64,000 nt of DNA from Candidatus Micrarchaeota archaeon (GCA_040758595.1 JBFLVJ010000002.1:38504-102503), one strand, 5' to 3'. Numbered from the stretch's first letter, positions 19,950 to 28,398 are shown. Made by a program: numbers and translations. The notes: a model not told the origin generated them from the letters alone.

Positions 19950-20364
19950 TTTCTACCACCCCTTTCATCTTGTTGAACTCAGCCAATGTGGCGAGCGGTT
20001 TCTTGACGATGAGCTTTTGCTTCTCGAATTTATAAAACAGCAGCTTCAGGAAAGTGAGCAGCTCGCGGTTCTTGACGCCCTGCCTGTCATAGTCCTTCTG
20101 CAGGCCCTGTATGGTCTTGAAGGAACCTATGAAGAAAGAGAGGTCCAGGGTGCTCTGTCCGTTCCAGCCCCTTATCTTCTCGTATATGAGCAGCCTCGCG
20201 ATGCCCAGCCGCGCGCGTAGCCGTTTCGATTCAGCATCATCCCCCTCGATGCCGCTTTCGATGGTCTTCAAAGCATATGCCAGCTCCTGCCAATCCGCCT
20301 GGACAAGGCTATCGCTTATGCTGATTGGGCTAGACATTCGGTTAGGACTTATGGTGGTAAGCAT
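19930..20364 (-). CDS. hypothetical protein
   Basis: 144-aa ORF overlapping the pgiA start by 20 nt; no recognisable domain. Confidence 0.35.
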   Translation of the reverse strand: MLTTISPNRMSSPISISDSLVQADWQELAYALKTIESGIEGDDAESKRLRARLGIARLLIYEKIRGWNGQSTLDLSFFIGSFKTIQGLQKDYDRQGVKNRELLTFLKLLFYKFEKQKLIVKKPLATLAEFNKMKGVVENGRGPL

Positions 20365-20397
20365 TTTAACTCCAATACTCCGGTCATAACGGTATCC

Positions 20398-20466
20398 GCC
20401 GGTGGTTTCCTGTTTCCGGTCTTGGGTTGTGGCACGAGACCGGGAACCCTGAACCGGAAACCCATA
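20398..20466 (+). repeat. inverted pair of heptamer arrays (G-rich then C-rich) forming an imperfect long hairpin
   Basis: GGTGGTTTCCTGTTTCCGGTCTTGGGTT ... GAGACCGGGAACCCTGAACCGGAAACCC. Confidence 0.55.
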
Positions 20467-20532
20467 AGCAAAACAGTTATTTTTGAAGAGAGATAGATAA
20501 TAGCCCGAGCGGATCGAAGCCCGGCCTTTTTA
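20450..20532 (+). repeat. degenerate direct copy of the tRNA-Gln 3' end plus 3' flank (att-like)
   Basis: CCGGAAACCCATAAGCAAAACAGTTATTTTTGAAGAGAGATAGATAATAGCCCGAGCGGATCGAAGCC aligns at about 80% identity with 20688-20765 (CCGGAAACCACCTAAGCGAAACCGTGATTTTTGAAGAAAAGCAGGATATAGCCCCGAGCGGATTCGAACCGC). Confidence 0.55.
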
Positions 20533-20670
20533 TGTTCGGAACCCTATCTCCGGCCAAAAAGGCCAGGCGTGCCCCAAAAACCAGTCCTTCGGAACAGAAG
20601 AAACGCAGGGATGAGCGTCTCCCCCTTCGGTTTTCTCTACGTTTCTGATTCCTCCCGTCCATTGACAATC

Positions 20671-20700
20671 GGGACTGGAAACCCAAGACCGGAAACCACC
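20671..20700 (+). repeat. heptamer repeat array in the 3' flank of tRNA-Gln
   Basis: GGACTGG AAACCCA AGACCGG AAACCACC. Confidence 0.5.
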
Positions 20701-20736
20701 TAAGCGAAACCGTGATTTTTGAAGAAAAGCAGGATA

Positions 20737-20882
20737 TAGCCCCGAGCGGATTCGAACCGCTGTCAAGAGATGTCCCGGGCCCTTTGGTTTCCTCATGGTT
20801 TTCCCCGGGCGTTTGCCCGAAGAAAGGTTGAGGCCAAAAGGCCGCCAGAGTCTCCTATCCTTGACCGCTAGACGACGGGGCT
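20737..20882 (-). tRNA. tRNA-Gln (CUG) with a 72-nt canonical 37/38 intron
   Basis: Minus-strand read: AGCCCCG TC GTCT AGCGGTCA AGGAT A GGAGA CTCTGG [CGGCCTTTTGGCC...GGGAC] A TCTCT TGAC AGCGG TTCGAAT CCGCT CGGGGCT A. The intron carries a GGCCTTTTGGCC hairpin. Confidence 0.7.
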
Positions 20883-20930
20883 AGAAGTCGTGGAGTGAGT
20901 TTGCTCGGAAAAGAATAAAAACCAAATTAA

Positions 20931-22328
20931 TTGTTTCCGCCCCTAATGGAATCCATGAGAACCCTGTTTTTCGCCTTGGCCTTGCTCATGCTCCTAGGAT
21001 GCGCACAGAAAGCGCCCGAGACCCCCGCCGTTCCGCTGGAGCACAACCGCGGCCAGATCTCCTTCCAATACCCTGACTGGCCGGCGGCGGACAACGCGGA
21101 CCAGAATTTCCTCGTGAGGAACAACGGCACCTGCGTCTTCGCGGCCGCGGAATACCCGGCGGCATCCCCCATGCTCAAGGATGTCCTCGAATCAGAGCTC
21201 CATTCCTCCTTCCAGGGGGAGTACCTGGATTTCGATATGAGCACCGGAGGGCAGGAGTTCGATGCCCGCACGAGGATGGTCTACTGCGACTACAAGACAT
21301 ATACGTTCACCATCGCCTGCATCGGCGAGCTGCAGGAAGAGCGGCTTCTGGAGTCGGTCAGATGCGCACCAAGACAGCTCGATCTCAAGAAGAAGCTGGG
21401 TCTTATCCCAATCCCCCCGAACCAGGATCCTGCGCTGCTTGCGCAGACCTTCCGCCAGGCCAGGGCGGATGGCGCCGAGGTCCTCTATTGGTACCTCCCC
21501 TACCGTGATGTCGCCGATAACTGGACGCTTCCAGACTATGTGATGGAGCCCATGTCATATGAGGGCAAGAGCGCTGTCGTGATAGAGGTCATCCACACCA
21601 ACGTGCTCGCTGAATATCCCAAACGATATTCGTCATTCACCGATGAGGGCTTCAGCGAAGAGTTCTCCGCCAGGGCCGCAGAATTCGCTGAGCGCTACGA
21701 CCCTGATTACCTTTTCGTGGGGAACGAGGTGGACGATTATCTCTGGGAGCGCAGGGAGCTGATACCGGAATTCAAGGACCTGTTGGAGCAGACACGGATC
21801 AAGGTCCATGCGGCCAATCCGCGGACCAAGGTCGGCTTCACAGTCACCTATCACGATACCCTCACCCACAACGCCACCGACATCACCAAGACGCTCGCAG
21901 AAGAAGCCGATATCATCGGATATACTGATTACGGATACCGCGGCCTCTTTCGCTTCGACAATGTCTCAAGAGGGCTTGAATATCTGGGGAGACCCGCGGA
22001 TGTAGTGCCGGGCAAACCATTTGCCATCGTGGAGGCCGGCTGGAGCTCATCTCCGCTTCTTGGGTCCAGCGAAGCTCTCCAGGAGGAATACGCAGAGGGC
22101 TTCTTCGCCTATCTGGAAGACACCGATGCGGAGTTCGTCAACTGGTTCGCCCTGCATGACGGGGTGGACTGCTCGGATGCCGCCGACAGCTTCCTGAAGG
22201 ACCTGCCCCAGGTCAAGGAAGACGAATCGTTCATGGAGGTCTTCAAGGAATTCCTCTGCTCGTTGGGCATCAAGCACAGCGACGGCACTCCGAAAAAGGC
22301 GTGGTCGGTCTGGCAGGAGAACACCTGA
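20931..22328 (+). CDS. secreted lipoprotein with TIM-barrel glycoside-hydrolase-like domain (GH5-like, tentative)
   Basis: Signal peptide/lipobox (ALALLMLLGCAQ). VGNEVDD (candidate acid/base) and IVEAGWSS (candidate nucleophile) motifs. Confidence 0.45.
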   Translation: MFPPLMESMRTLFFALALLMLLGCAQKAPETPAVPLEHNRGQISFQYPDWPAADNADQNFLVRNNGTCVFAAAEYPAASPMLKDVLESELHSSFQGEYLDFDMSTGGQEFDARTRMVYCDYKTYTFTIACIGELQEERLLESVRCAPRQLDLKKKLGLIPIPPNQDPALLAQTFRQARADGAEVLYWYLPYRDVADNWTLPDYVMEPMSYEGKSAVVIEVIHTNVLAEYPKRYSSFTDEGFSEEFSARAAEFAERYDPDYLFVGNEVDDYLWERRELIPEFKDLLEQTRIKVHAANPRTKVGFTVTYHDTLTHNATDITKTLAEEADIIGYTDYGYRGLFRFDNVSRGLEYLGRPADVVPGKPFAIVEAGWSSSPLLGSSEALQEEYAEGFFAYLEDTDAEFVNWFALHDGVDCSDAADSFLKDLPQVKEDESFMEVFKEFLCSLGIKHSDGTPKKAWSVWQENT

Positions 22329-22388
22329 GGTTACAAGCATTTTAATACTGTTTCATCCACATATCAGTCCTCATCGACAGGTGCAGCC

Positions 22389-23225
22389 ATGCTCACGATA
22401 GCCATCCCCAACAAAGGCCGGGTCCAGCAGCCCGTGCTGCAGATGCTGGAGCAGATAGGCATCAAGGTCGATGTCAACGGAGGCAGGGGCCTGCTCATCC
22501 CGAGCTCGAAACGCAACGTCCGCGCCCTCCTCGCGCGCTCCATGGACATCCCGCTGATGGTGGAAAGAAGGGCTGCCGACATCGGATTCACCGGGGAGGA
22601 TGCGGTAGCCGAGCGCGGCTCCAGGGTCGAATGCGTCCTTCCGCTGGATTTCGGCAGATGCAAGGTCGTGCTCGCGGCACCCCGTCCGGTTTCGGTCCCG
22701 AAGAGCATCGCCACGACCCTCCCCAACGTCACGAAGGCGTTCTGCAGGCGCGAGGGGCTCAGAGCGGACATAATAACCCTCCAGGGAGCGCTCGAATCCG
22801 CCCCGAAGCTCGGCATCGCAGAGGCGATCGTCGACCAGATGGAGACCGGCACCACCCTCAAGGAGAACCGCCTCCGCGTCCTGGAAGTGATAATGGAATC
22901 GAGGATGACGATAATCGCCAACGGCATCTCGCTCGCGGAGAAAAAAGGGCAGATAGACGAGATCGCGCTATCCGCAGGCGGACTCATGGCGGCCCGGCAG
23001 AGGGTCGTCCTGAAGGTGAATGCCGGCAGCGAGAGGGTCCGGGATGCCCTGCTAAAACTCATCCCCGCGATGAAGAGCCCTGATGTGGCGCCTCTGGCAG
23101 AGCCTGGCGCGTATTCGCTTCTCGCAGCGGTCCCGAGGAAAGGGCTTGAGCGCCTCATCGTCCGCATCAAAGCCGCCGGCGGGACCGACATCCTTGTGGA
23201 GAAACCACAGTTCATCATCCCATGA
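22389..23225 (+). CDS. hisG: ATP phosphoribosyltransferase (long form)
   Basis: MLTIAIPNKGRV...GFTGED...RVLEVIMESRMTIIAN plus C-terminal regulatory domain. Confidence 0.85.
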   Translation: MLTIAIPNKGRVQQPVLQMLEQIGIKVDVNGGRGLLIPSSKRNVRALLARSMDIPLMVERRAADIGFTGEDAVAERGSRVECVLPLDFGRCKVVLAAPRPVSVPKSIATTLPNVTKAFCRREGLRADIITLQGALESAPKLGIAEAIVDQMETGTTLKENRLRVLEVIMESRMTIIANGISLAEKKGQIDEIALSAGGLMAARQRVVLKVNAGSERVRDALLKLIPAMKSPDVAPLAEPGAYSLLAAVPRKGLERLIVRIKAAGGTDILVEKPQFIIP

Positions 23226-23284
23226 CAGCAACCATTAAGTAGTGGGGAATCTCCCGGACACTTCCTGTTACAAACCTTTAAATA

Positions 23285-23620
23285 GTGGGAAATTCGAGAT
23301 TGTCATGTACAAAAGGTGAACATGATGGTGAACCAGGAAAAGGGTGTCCTTCACAGGAAGGGATCTTCTTCATCTTCAAAAGGCGCGGCCTTTTGGAGAG
23401 ACAGAAATCGGTAGATTTCTGGATACGCCTTGATCGCAAGGCGCGTCTAGTCTTGCCGCTGGAAATCCGTGAGTCGCTCGCTCTCAAGAGCGGGGAAAAA
23501 ATCCTGCTCAGCGTCAGCGCTGTCGGAGACGGAAAGGTTACTATGGTCGTAGCGAAAGCTGGCGGCAAGGACTCCGGCGTGAAATGCTCAAGGAACTGCG
23601 CGTATAAGGAAGGTGTATGA
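23285..23620 (+). CDS. AbrB/MazE/SpoVT (swapped-hairpin) family small protein with Cys-containing C-terminal tail; start probably TTG/GTG downstream of the annotated ATG
   Basis: RLDRKARLVLPLEIRESLALKSGEKILLSVSAVGDGKVTMV is an AbrB-type barrel. Tail AKAGGKDSGVKCSRNCAYKEGV. Stop overlaps the start of the next gene (ATGA). Confidence 0.5.
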   Translation: MGNSRLSCTKGEHDGEPGKGCPSQEGIFFIFKRRGLLERQKSVDFWIRLDRKARLVLPLEIRESLALKSGEKILLSVSAVGDGKVTMVVAKAGGKDSGVKCSRNCAYKEGV

Positions 23621-24551
23621 GATGAGATTGCTGCGCGCCGTGACTCCGGAATACAAAAACAGATTCGTGCAGGGTAAGACGATAGTCTACATGTTTCTGC
23701 CAGAGGTTGAGCCGCCATGCAACCGCCGCTGCACCGGCTGCTACGTGCTGGCTTCGGAGTCATACCCAAAAAGAATCAGGCGTAGTGAAGAGCGGATAAT
23801 AGCCGACCTTAAGGGCCTTATCGCTTCGGGCTATTCGGTCATACCGTCCACAACAGAAATACTCCTGGGTGAGAGATATCTGGAAATGCTGGGCGCGGTT
23901 GGAACGACCTATGTACTGACCAACGGCAGACTGATTGTTTCAAAGCCAGGCACATTGGAAGAGCTGAAGAGCATCGGGATAAGGCAGGTAGTCCTTACCG
24001 CGAATTTCGGGAACAGCGGGCTTATCCTGCCGGACCAGGACACTTTCGTAGAAGCGGCAGGACTGGCAATCGGTGCAGGGCTTGGCGTCATGGCCCGGAT
24101 AACATTGACTAAGGGAAATTATCAAAGCATAGCGGAAATGGTTGACGCTTGCAAGCAATTTGGCATAAGGTGCATCCAATTCCTCAGGTTTATGCCTATC
24201 GAAAGCGGGCCTGCAACACTTGACGAAGGTGATGCGAAAGAGTTTTTCAGGCTGCTGGCATTTGCGAGGGAAGCCAACCCTGATGTTTATATCTCCGCAG
24301 GCGGCTCGCTGGGCAGCCAGTTCAGAGGAAAAGAATTCGTCTGCTCTGCGGGCAGGACGCAGTTCACAATCGGCCTTGACAATAGGATTTACCCCTGCAT
24401 ATACCTTACGCAGGATGAGAACGCGATAGGGAGATACGAAAATGGCGAGGTTGTGATAGAAAGGGAGTTTGCGATCGGCGGGAATGAGCTAGACTGCCCG
24501 GCCTATCGCTACTTCGTTTCACGCTCCAAGAATGGAGAAAAACGAATATGA
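23613..24551 (+). CDS. radical SAM enzyme with C-terminal SPASM/twitch-type auxiliary cluster motif
   Basis: CNRRCTGCY (CX3CX2C plus aromatic). GGE/ribose motif region. C-terminal CSAGRTQFTIGLDNRIYPC...CPAY (SPASM-like C-x-G...dG...PC). 312 aa. Confidence 0.75.
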   Translation: MYEMRLLRAVTPEYKNRFVQGKTIVYMFLPEVEPPCNRRCTGCYVLASESYPKRIRRSEERIIADLKGLIASGYSVIPSTTEILLGERYLEMLGAVGTTYVLTNGRLIVSKPGTLEELKSIGIRQVVLTANFGNSGLILPDQDTFVEAAGLAIGAGLGVMARITLTKGNYQSIAEMVDACKQFGIRCIQFLRFMPIESGPATLDEGDAKEFFRLLAFAREANPDVYISAGGSLGSQFRGKEFVCSAGRTQFTIGLDNRIYPCIYLTQDENAIGRYENGEVVIEREFAIGGNELDCPAYRYFVSRSKNGEKRI

Positions 24552-24609
24552 GGTGAACAATATGGATGAAATGAGAGGGGTTGTTGGTGAAAATGTAAGG
24601 GGTCTCCTT

Positions 24610-24859
24610 CACACTCCCAGGGTTCGCGGCAATCGGGAACGGCGATCCGTTCCCGGTGCGTCTTGAACGGCACGCCGTTCAAAACGAAGCCCAGGTCTTC
24701 AGACCTTGGAGGAAGCGAACCCGAAACCTCAGTCAAACCGGTGGCACACGGCTTCTCGCCTTCCGCGCTCCAGCCAGAAGCCCAGGGCTTTCTAGCGAAC
24801 GGCAATCCGTTCGCTGGAATCCAGGGAGCGGCGCTCCCTAGATCAGCCCTGGGAGTGTG
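24610..24859. repeat. 250-bp element bounded by 13-bp perfect terminal inverted repeats (CACACTCCCAGGG ... CCCTGGGAGTGTG), with three internal GAACGG-N(2-4)-CCGTTC palindromes; MITE-like or structured RNA
   Basis: 24610-24622 is the exact reverse complement of 24847-24859. Internal hairpins GGGAACGGCGATCCGTTCCC (24637), TTGAACGGCACGCCGTTCAA (24663), GCGAACGGCAATCCGTTCGC (24794), AGGGAGCGGCGCTCCCT (24823). Confidence 0.55.
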
Positions 24860-24897
24860 TCACTGGCAGAACACTCAAGCAAGGGTTTGCGGAAGTC

Positions 24898-25110
24898 TTG
24901 GATGTTGGTTCCAGCCCACCCCCGCTCGCAGGCAGATCCGTCGAGGACATGCCCGGTTATCCATCCGCCCCCGATGTCAATGCGGCCATCTTCCTCGAAG
25001 TATCCGAATTCGCAGCCGAAGAACTCCGTAAGAAGAGTTCAACATCGACCGATAAGACCGGATGTGTGGCCTGCCGTATGTATGATCTGATAACGGATAT
25101 CTTCATATGA
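24898..25110 (+). CDS. small ORF (70 aa), possible small protein or peptide
   Basis: MDVGSSPPPLAGRSV...STSTDKTGCVACRMYDLITDIFI. Lies between the IR element and hisS. Followed by a T-rich tract. No homology recognised. Confidence 0.2.
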   Translation: MDVGSSPPPLAGRSVEDMPGYPSAPDVNAAIFLEVSEFAAEELRKKSSTSTDKTGCVACRMYDLITDIFI

Positions 25111-25161
25111 CGGCCCCCTCTTTTCTTTTTTAATATATCAGGCTATACGCTATGTGATACC

Positions 25162-26391
25162 ATGAAGCTCACACCAAAAGGCATGCGGGACATCGGGCCC
25201 GAGGACATGTTCATCCGCGAGGAGGCCATGGAGAAGATAAGGCGGATTTTCCGCTCCTACGGATACCGGCCCCTCGAGACCCCTGCGATGGAATATCTCG
25301 ACACCCTGAGGGCCAAGGCAGGCCAGGAAGTGGACAAGCAGATTTTCGTCATCGACGGCGGGGAGTACGGTCTCAGATTCGACCTCACGGTCCCGCTCGC
25401 CAGGTACGCATCATCGACGGATTCCCCGAAGCCGTTCAAGCGCTACGCCATAGACGTGGTCTGGCGGAGGGAGGAGCCCCAGAGGGGGCGGTTCCGCGAG
25501 TTCTACCAAGCGGACGTTGACATCATCGGAAGCCCGTCCATGCGCTGCGAGGCCGAGCTGCTCACGCTCGCCCGGGACGTCTGCCTCGCCTTCGGGTTCG
25601 ACAAGCCGAAGATCATGATCAACAACCGCAAGATACTCGACGGCATCGCAGAGAAGCTCGACATCAAGGAGGACCTGAAGCAGGAGCTCTTCCGCATACT
25701 GGACAAATTGGACAAGATAGGCGAGAAGGAAGTGGAGAAGCTCCTCACCGAGATGTTCGGCAAGGCCAAGGCAGAGAAGGTGCTCAAGATAATCAGGGCG
25801 AAAGGCGATAATGAGAAGAAGCTCGCGCTCGCCGAACAATACAGCAAGGAAGGCGCGGAAGAGATAAGGCGGATACTGTCCATGTGCGAGTTCCCCATCG
25901 AGTTCGACCTGTTCCTGGCAAGGGGGCTCGGCTATTACACCGGTCCGGTATTCGAGATAAAGCTGAGCGAGGGCATCGGCACCGTCCTCGCAGGAGGGCG
26001 CTACGACGACCTACTTGGCATATACGGCCAGGCATCGCCAGCGGTCGGCATATCAGTCGGCATAGAGAGGCTCGTAACACTCATCGCGGAGAAGAAGAGA
26101 TCCGCCAAGAGGTCGGATTCCAAGGTCCTCGTCGCATCTGTCAAGCCTGAGTTCTATGGCGCGGCGATGAAAGCGGCCGCGGCCTTCCGGAAAGCCGGCA
26201 TCGCGTGCGAGACCGACCTCAACGAGCGGAACGTGCGGAAGCAGTTCGATTACGCCAACGCGCTCTCCATCCCGTTCGTGGCGGTCATCGGTGAGCGGGA
26301 GGCCGAGGCGGGGACGATCACCCTGAAAGACATGGAATCAGGCAAGGAAGAGACCCTGCCTCTGGCAGATGCCATCAAGAGGGTGGGCTAG
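25162..26391 (+). CDS. hisS: histidyl-tRNA synthetase
   Basis: MKLTPKGMRDIGPEDMFIREEAMEKIRRIFRSYGYRPLETPAMEY (motif 1), GGRYDDL motif, anticodon-binding domain. Confidence 0.9.
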   Translation: MKLTPKGMRDIGPEDMFIREEAMEKIRRIFRSYGYRPLETPAMEYLDTLRAKAGQEVDKQIFVIDGGEYGLRFDLTVPLARYASSTDSPKPFKRYAIDVVWRREEPQRGRFREFYQADVDIIGSPSMRCEAELLTLARDVCLAFGFDKPKIMINNRKILDGIAEKLDIKEDLKQELFRILDKLDKIGEKEVEKLLTEMFGKAKAEKVLKIIRAKGDNEKKLALAEQYSKEGAEEIRRILSMCEFPIEFDLFLARGLGYYTGPVFEIKLSEGIGTVLAGGRYDDLLGIYGQASPAVGISVGIERLVTLIAEKKRSAKRSDSKVLVASVKPEFYGAAMKAAAAFRKAGIACETDLNERNVRKQFDYANALSIPFVAVIGEREAEAGTITLKDMESGKEETLPLADAIKRVG

Positions 26392-26393
26392 GC

Positions 26394-26906
26394 GTGCTCA
26401 GGATACCGCTATTCATAATCAAGGACAAGCAGGCGTTCACCCGTCAGTCCGGCTCGCTCCGTCTGGCCGGAAAACCCATAGACATCGCCAAGGAGCTCAA
26501 AGACCGCGGCACCAAACTGATGCACATAGTGGATTCGGACGCCCTCAATGGCATGCCCACCAACCTCGACGTATATGACAACCTGACATTCGTCATGAAC
26601 ATCCAGGTCGAGTGCGCACCGAAGGAAGCCATCGTAAAGAAGCTCCTTTCGCTCAAATGCCGGGTGGTCCTCCCTCCAAGCTTCGACACCTCTTCGCTCA
26701 AGGAGAAGAAGCTGCTGGTGGCGAAGATACCTGATGGGTATGGTGGCGATGCGGCTGGGTTCCACGATGTGTTGCTGGAGAAGGCCGACGATGAGGCCGT
26801 GAAGCGGTTCGCCGGACTCGGGAAGAGGGTGATGGCCTTCGAGGACGATTACGCAAAACTCGAAACCCAAAACCGGAAACTCGTCTGGGGCATCATCTCT
26901 TCTTGA
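26394..26906 (+). CDS. HisA/HisF-like (beta/alpha) barrel protein, short (about half-barrel length)
   Basis: RIPLFIIKDKQAF...LRLAGKPIDIAKELKDRGTKLMHIVDSDALNG follows the HisA/HisF N-terminal pattern. Only 170 aa. C-terminus encoded by a heptamer repeat. Confidence 0.45.
   Translation: MLRIPLFIIKDKQAFTRQSGSLRLAGKPIDIAKELKDRGTKLMHIVDSDALNGMPTNLDVYDNLTFVMNIQVECAPKEAIVKKLLSLKCRVVLPPSFDTSSLKEKKLLVAKIPDGYGGDAAGFHDVLLEKADDEAVKRFAGLGKRVMAFEDDYAKLETQNRKLVWGIISS
26859..26888 (+). repeat. heptamer repeat array at the convergent 3' ends of two genes
   Basis: CTCGAAACCCAAAACCGGAAACTCGTCTGG; encodes ...LETQNRKLVWG. Confidence 0.5.
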
Positions 26907-27822
26907 GCCTTTTCTTGGCCTCTTCCAGCTTGGCGGCCAGGGCGGGCGACATCTTCGCCGGAGGGAGCGCCGTCTTCTGAAGCGTCTTCTTTTGCGGAGC
27001 GGCCGCTTTTGGCGGCGCTCTCGCGGCGGGCTTGCTAGGGGGCAGCGCGCCAAGAGCGCTCTTGGCGGGTTTGCCATCGCCGCTCAGTATCTTGAAACCG
27101 TCGTTGTCGAGAGTGGCCCGGTAAGCTTTCGATGAGTGCTCCACCCCCTTCATCTTGATGACTTCGGCATATCTCCAGCGTGTCATCGTCTCCTCGTCGT
27201 ACTTGAAGAAGAGGTTTATCCAACCGTCGCTGAAGCTCTCGATGCCGTATTGCGAGCTCGGGCTCATCCCGGCATGGCCCATCTTCGTGTCCTCAGACAC
27301 TATCATGGTGGTCGTGCCCCACCTCCTCAAATTGTCGATGAATTTCAGGAACCCGGTCTTCCTCTCGTCCTCTCCCTTGAAGAATAGCGCTATCGGCATG
27401 ATGGAGTCTATCACCACCCGCCTGGCTCCGGTGCTGTTGATTATCTCCTGGATCGCGCTGGACTGCTCCACTATCTGGTCCACCTCATGGATGGGGTAAT
27501 CGAGCAGGATGAATTTGCGGTCCCTCTCCACGGCAGGGAAATCCCAATTGTACCCGCTCATGTGGAAGAAGAAGTCCTTCTTGCTCTCTTCTATGGATAT
27601 GTACAGGCCTGGCTCTTCCGACTCCACTATGCCATTGTATATGAATTGCGCTGCGAATGTGCTCTTTCCGGATCCGGTGGGCCCGCTCAAGGTTATGACA
27701 GAACCCTCGAGCAATCCGCCTCCCAGGATATCATCCAATCCAGGTATGCCGCTCTTGACGAAGCGTCTTTCCATCATGTCACCTGAACGTGCTTCTCCTG
27801 CACCATTGTTAAAAGTTCGCAC
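26893..27822 (-). CDS. KaiC-like RecA-superfamily ATPase with Lys/Ala/Pro-rich C-terminal tail
   Basis: GIPGLDDILGGGLLEGSVITLSGPTGSGKSTFAAQF (Walker A). KaiC/RadA fold. Tail KPAARAPPKAAAPQKKT. Start probably MMERRF. Confidence 0.75.
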   Translation of the reverse strand: MRTFNNGAGEARSGDMMERRFVKSGIPGLDDILGGGLLEGSVITLSGPTGSGKSTFAAQFIYNGIVESEEPGLYISIEESKKDFFFHMSGYNWDFPAVERDRKFILLDYPIHEVDQIVEQSSAIQEIINSTGARRVVIDSIMPIALFFKGEDERKTGFLKFIDNLRRWGTTTMIVSEDTKMGHAGMSPSSQYGIESFSDGWINLFFKYDEETMTRWRYAEVIKMKGVEHSSKAYRATLDNDGFKILSGDGKPAKSALGALPPSKPAARAPPKAAAPQKKTLQKTALPPAKMSPALAAKLEEAKKRLKKR

Positions 27823-27831
27823 TCGCGAAAG

Positions 27832-28320
27832 TCACCCCTCCTTCTTGAGGAGCTTCTTACCCATCTCGGCCCTCTTCTTGAGGTTCTCCTGGAGCTGCAG
27901 GACCTCTTCTGGGGTGGAGACCTTGGTCAGTATATAGCGTTTGTATTCGGCGGTGGTCGCCGCCATGACGCTGAGCAGCTCGTGGGCGACGCTGAGCGGG
28001 AGCCTCACCTCATCCGGGCGCAGTATCTCCACGGTGTAGGGGCTGTGGGCCATGCAGATCCCCGCGAGCACCGCGAAATCCTTGGCGAGTATCTTGACCG
28101 AGATGGAAGTGGACCAGTTCTTTCCTTCCCCTCCTCCTGCCGGAGCGTCTATCTCCCCCAGGGCATAGACAACACCCTGCTTCTGTATGAGCGTGTTCAC
28201 GAATCCCGTGGCTATCTCTTTGACCAGATCTTCGCTCTTGGCATGCACATCGAAGTAAAGCATGGCTAGGACGCCGCCGTCATCTACGGTCTTCTTGGTT
28301 AGTTTCTCAACGTCTCCCAT
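27832..28320 (-). CDS. hypothetical protein, co-oriented with the KaiC-like ATPase
   Basis: 162 aa; no recognised domain. Confidence 0.45.
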   Translation of the reverse strand: MGDVEKLTKKTVDDGGVLAMLYFDVHAKSEDLVKEIATGFVNTLIQKQGVVYALGEIDAPAGGGEGKNWSTSISVKILAKDFAVLAGICMAHSPYTVEILRPDEVRLPLSVAHELLSVMAATTAEYKRYILTKVSTPEEVLQLQENLKKRAEMGKKLLKKEG

Positions 28321-28398
28321 CAGTGATCCCTTCAGGATTTCTATCGTATGTGATGCTTTTTAATACCCTCGAAGCAACTCCTAAGAAGGTGCTACTTT

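Noticed and set aside
24563-24667. 34-aa ORF (MDEMRGVVGENVRGLLHTPRVRGNRERRSVPGAS) with a GAGGTGA SD-like sequence right after the rSAM stop
   Set aside because: It has no Cys and no conserved features, and its 3' half runs into the inverted-repeat element. Kept only as a weak possibility, not a reported gene.
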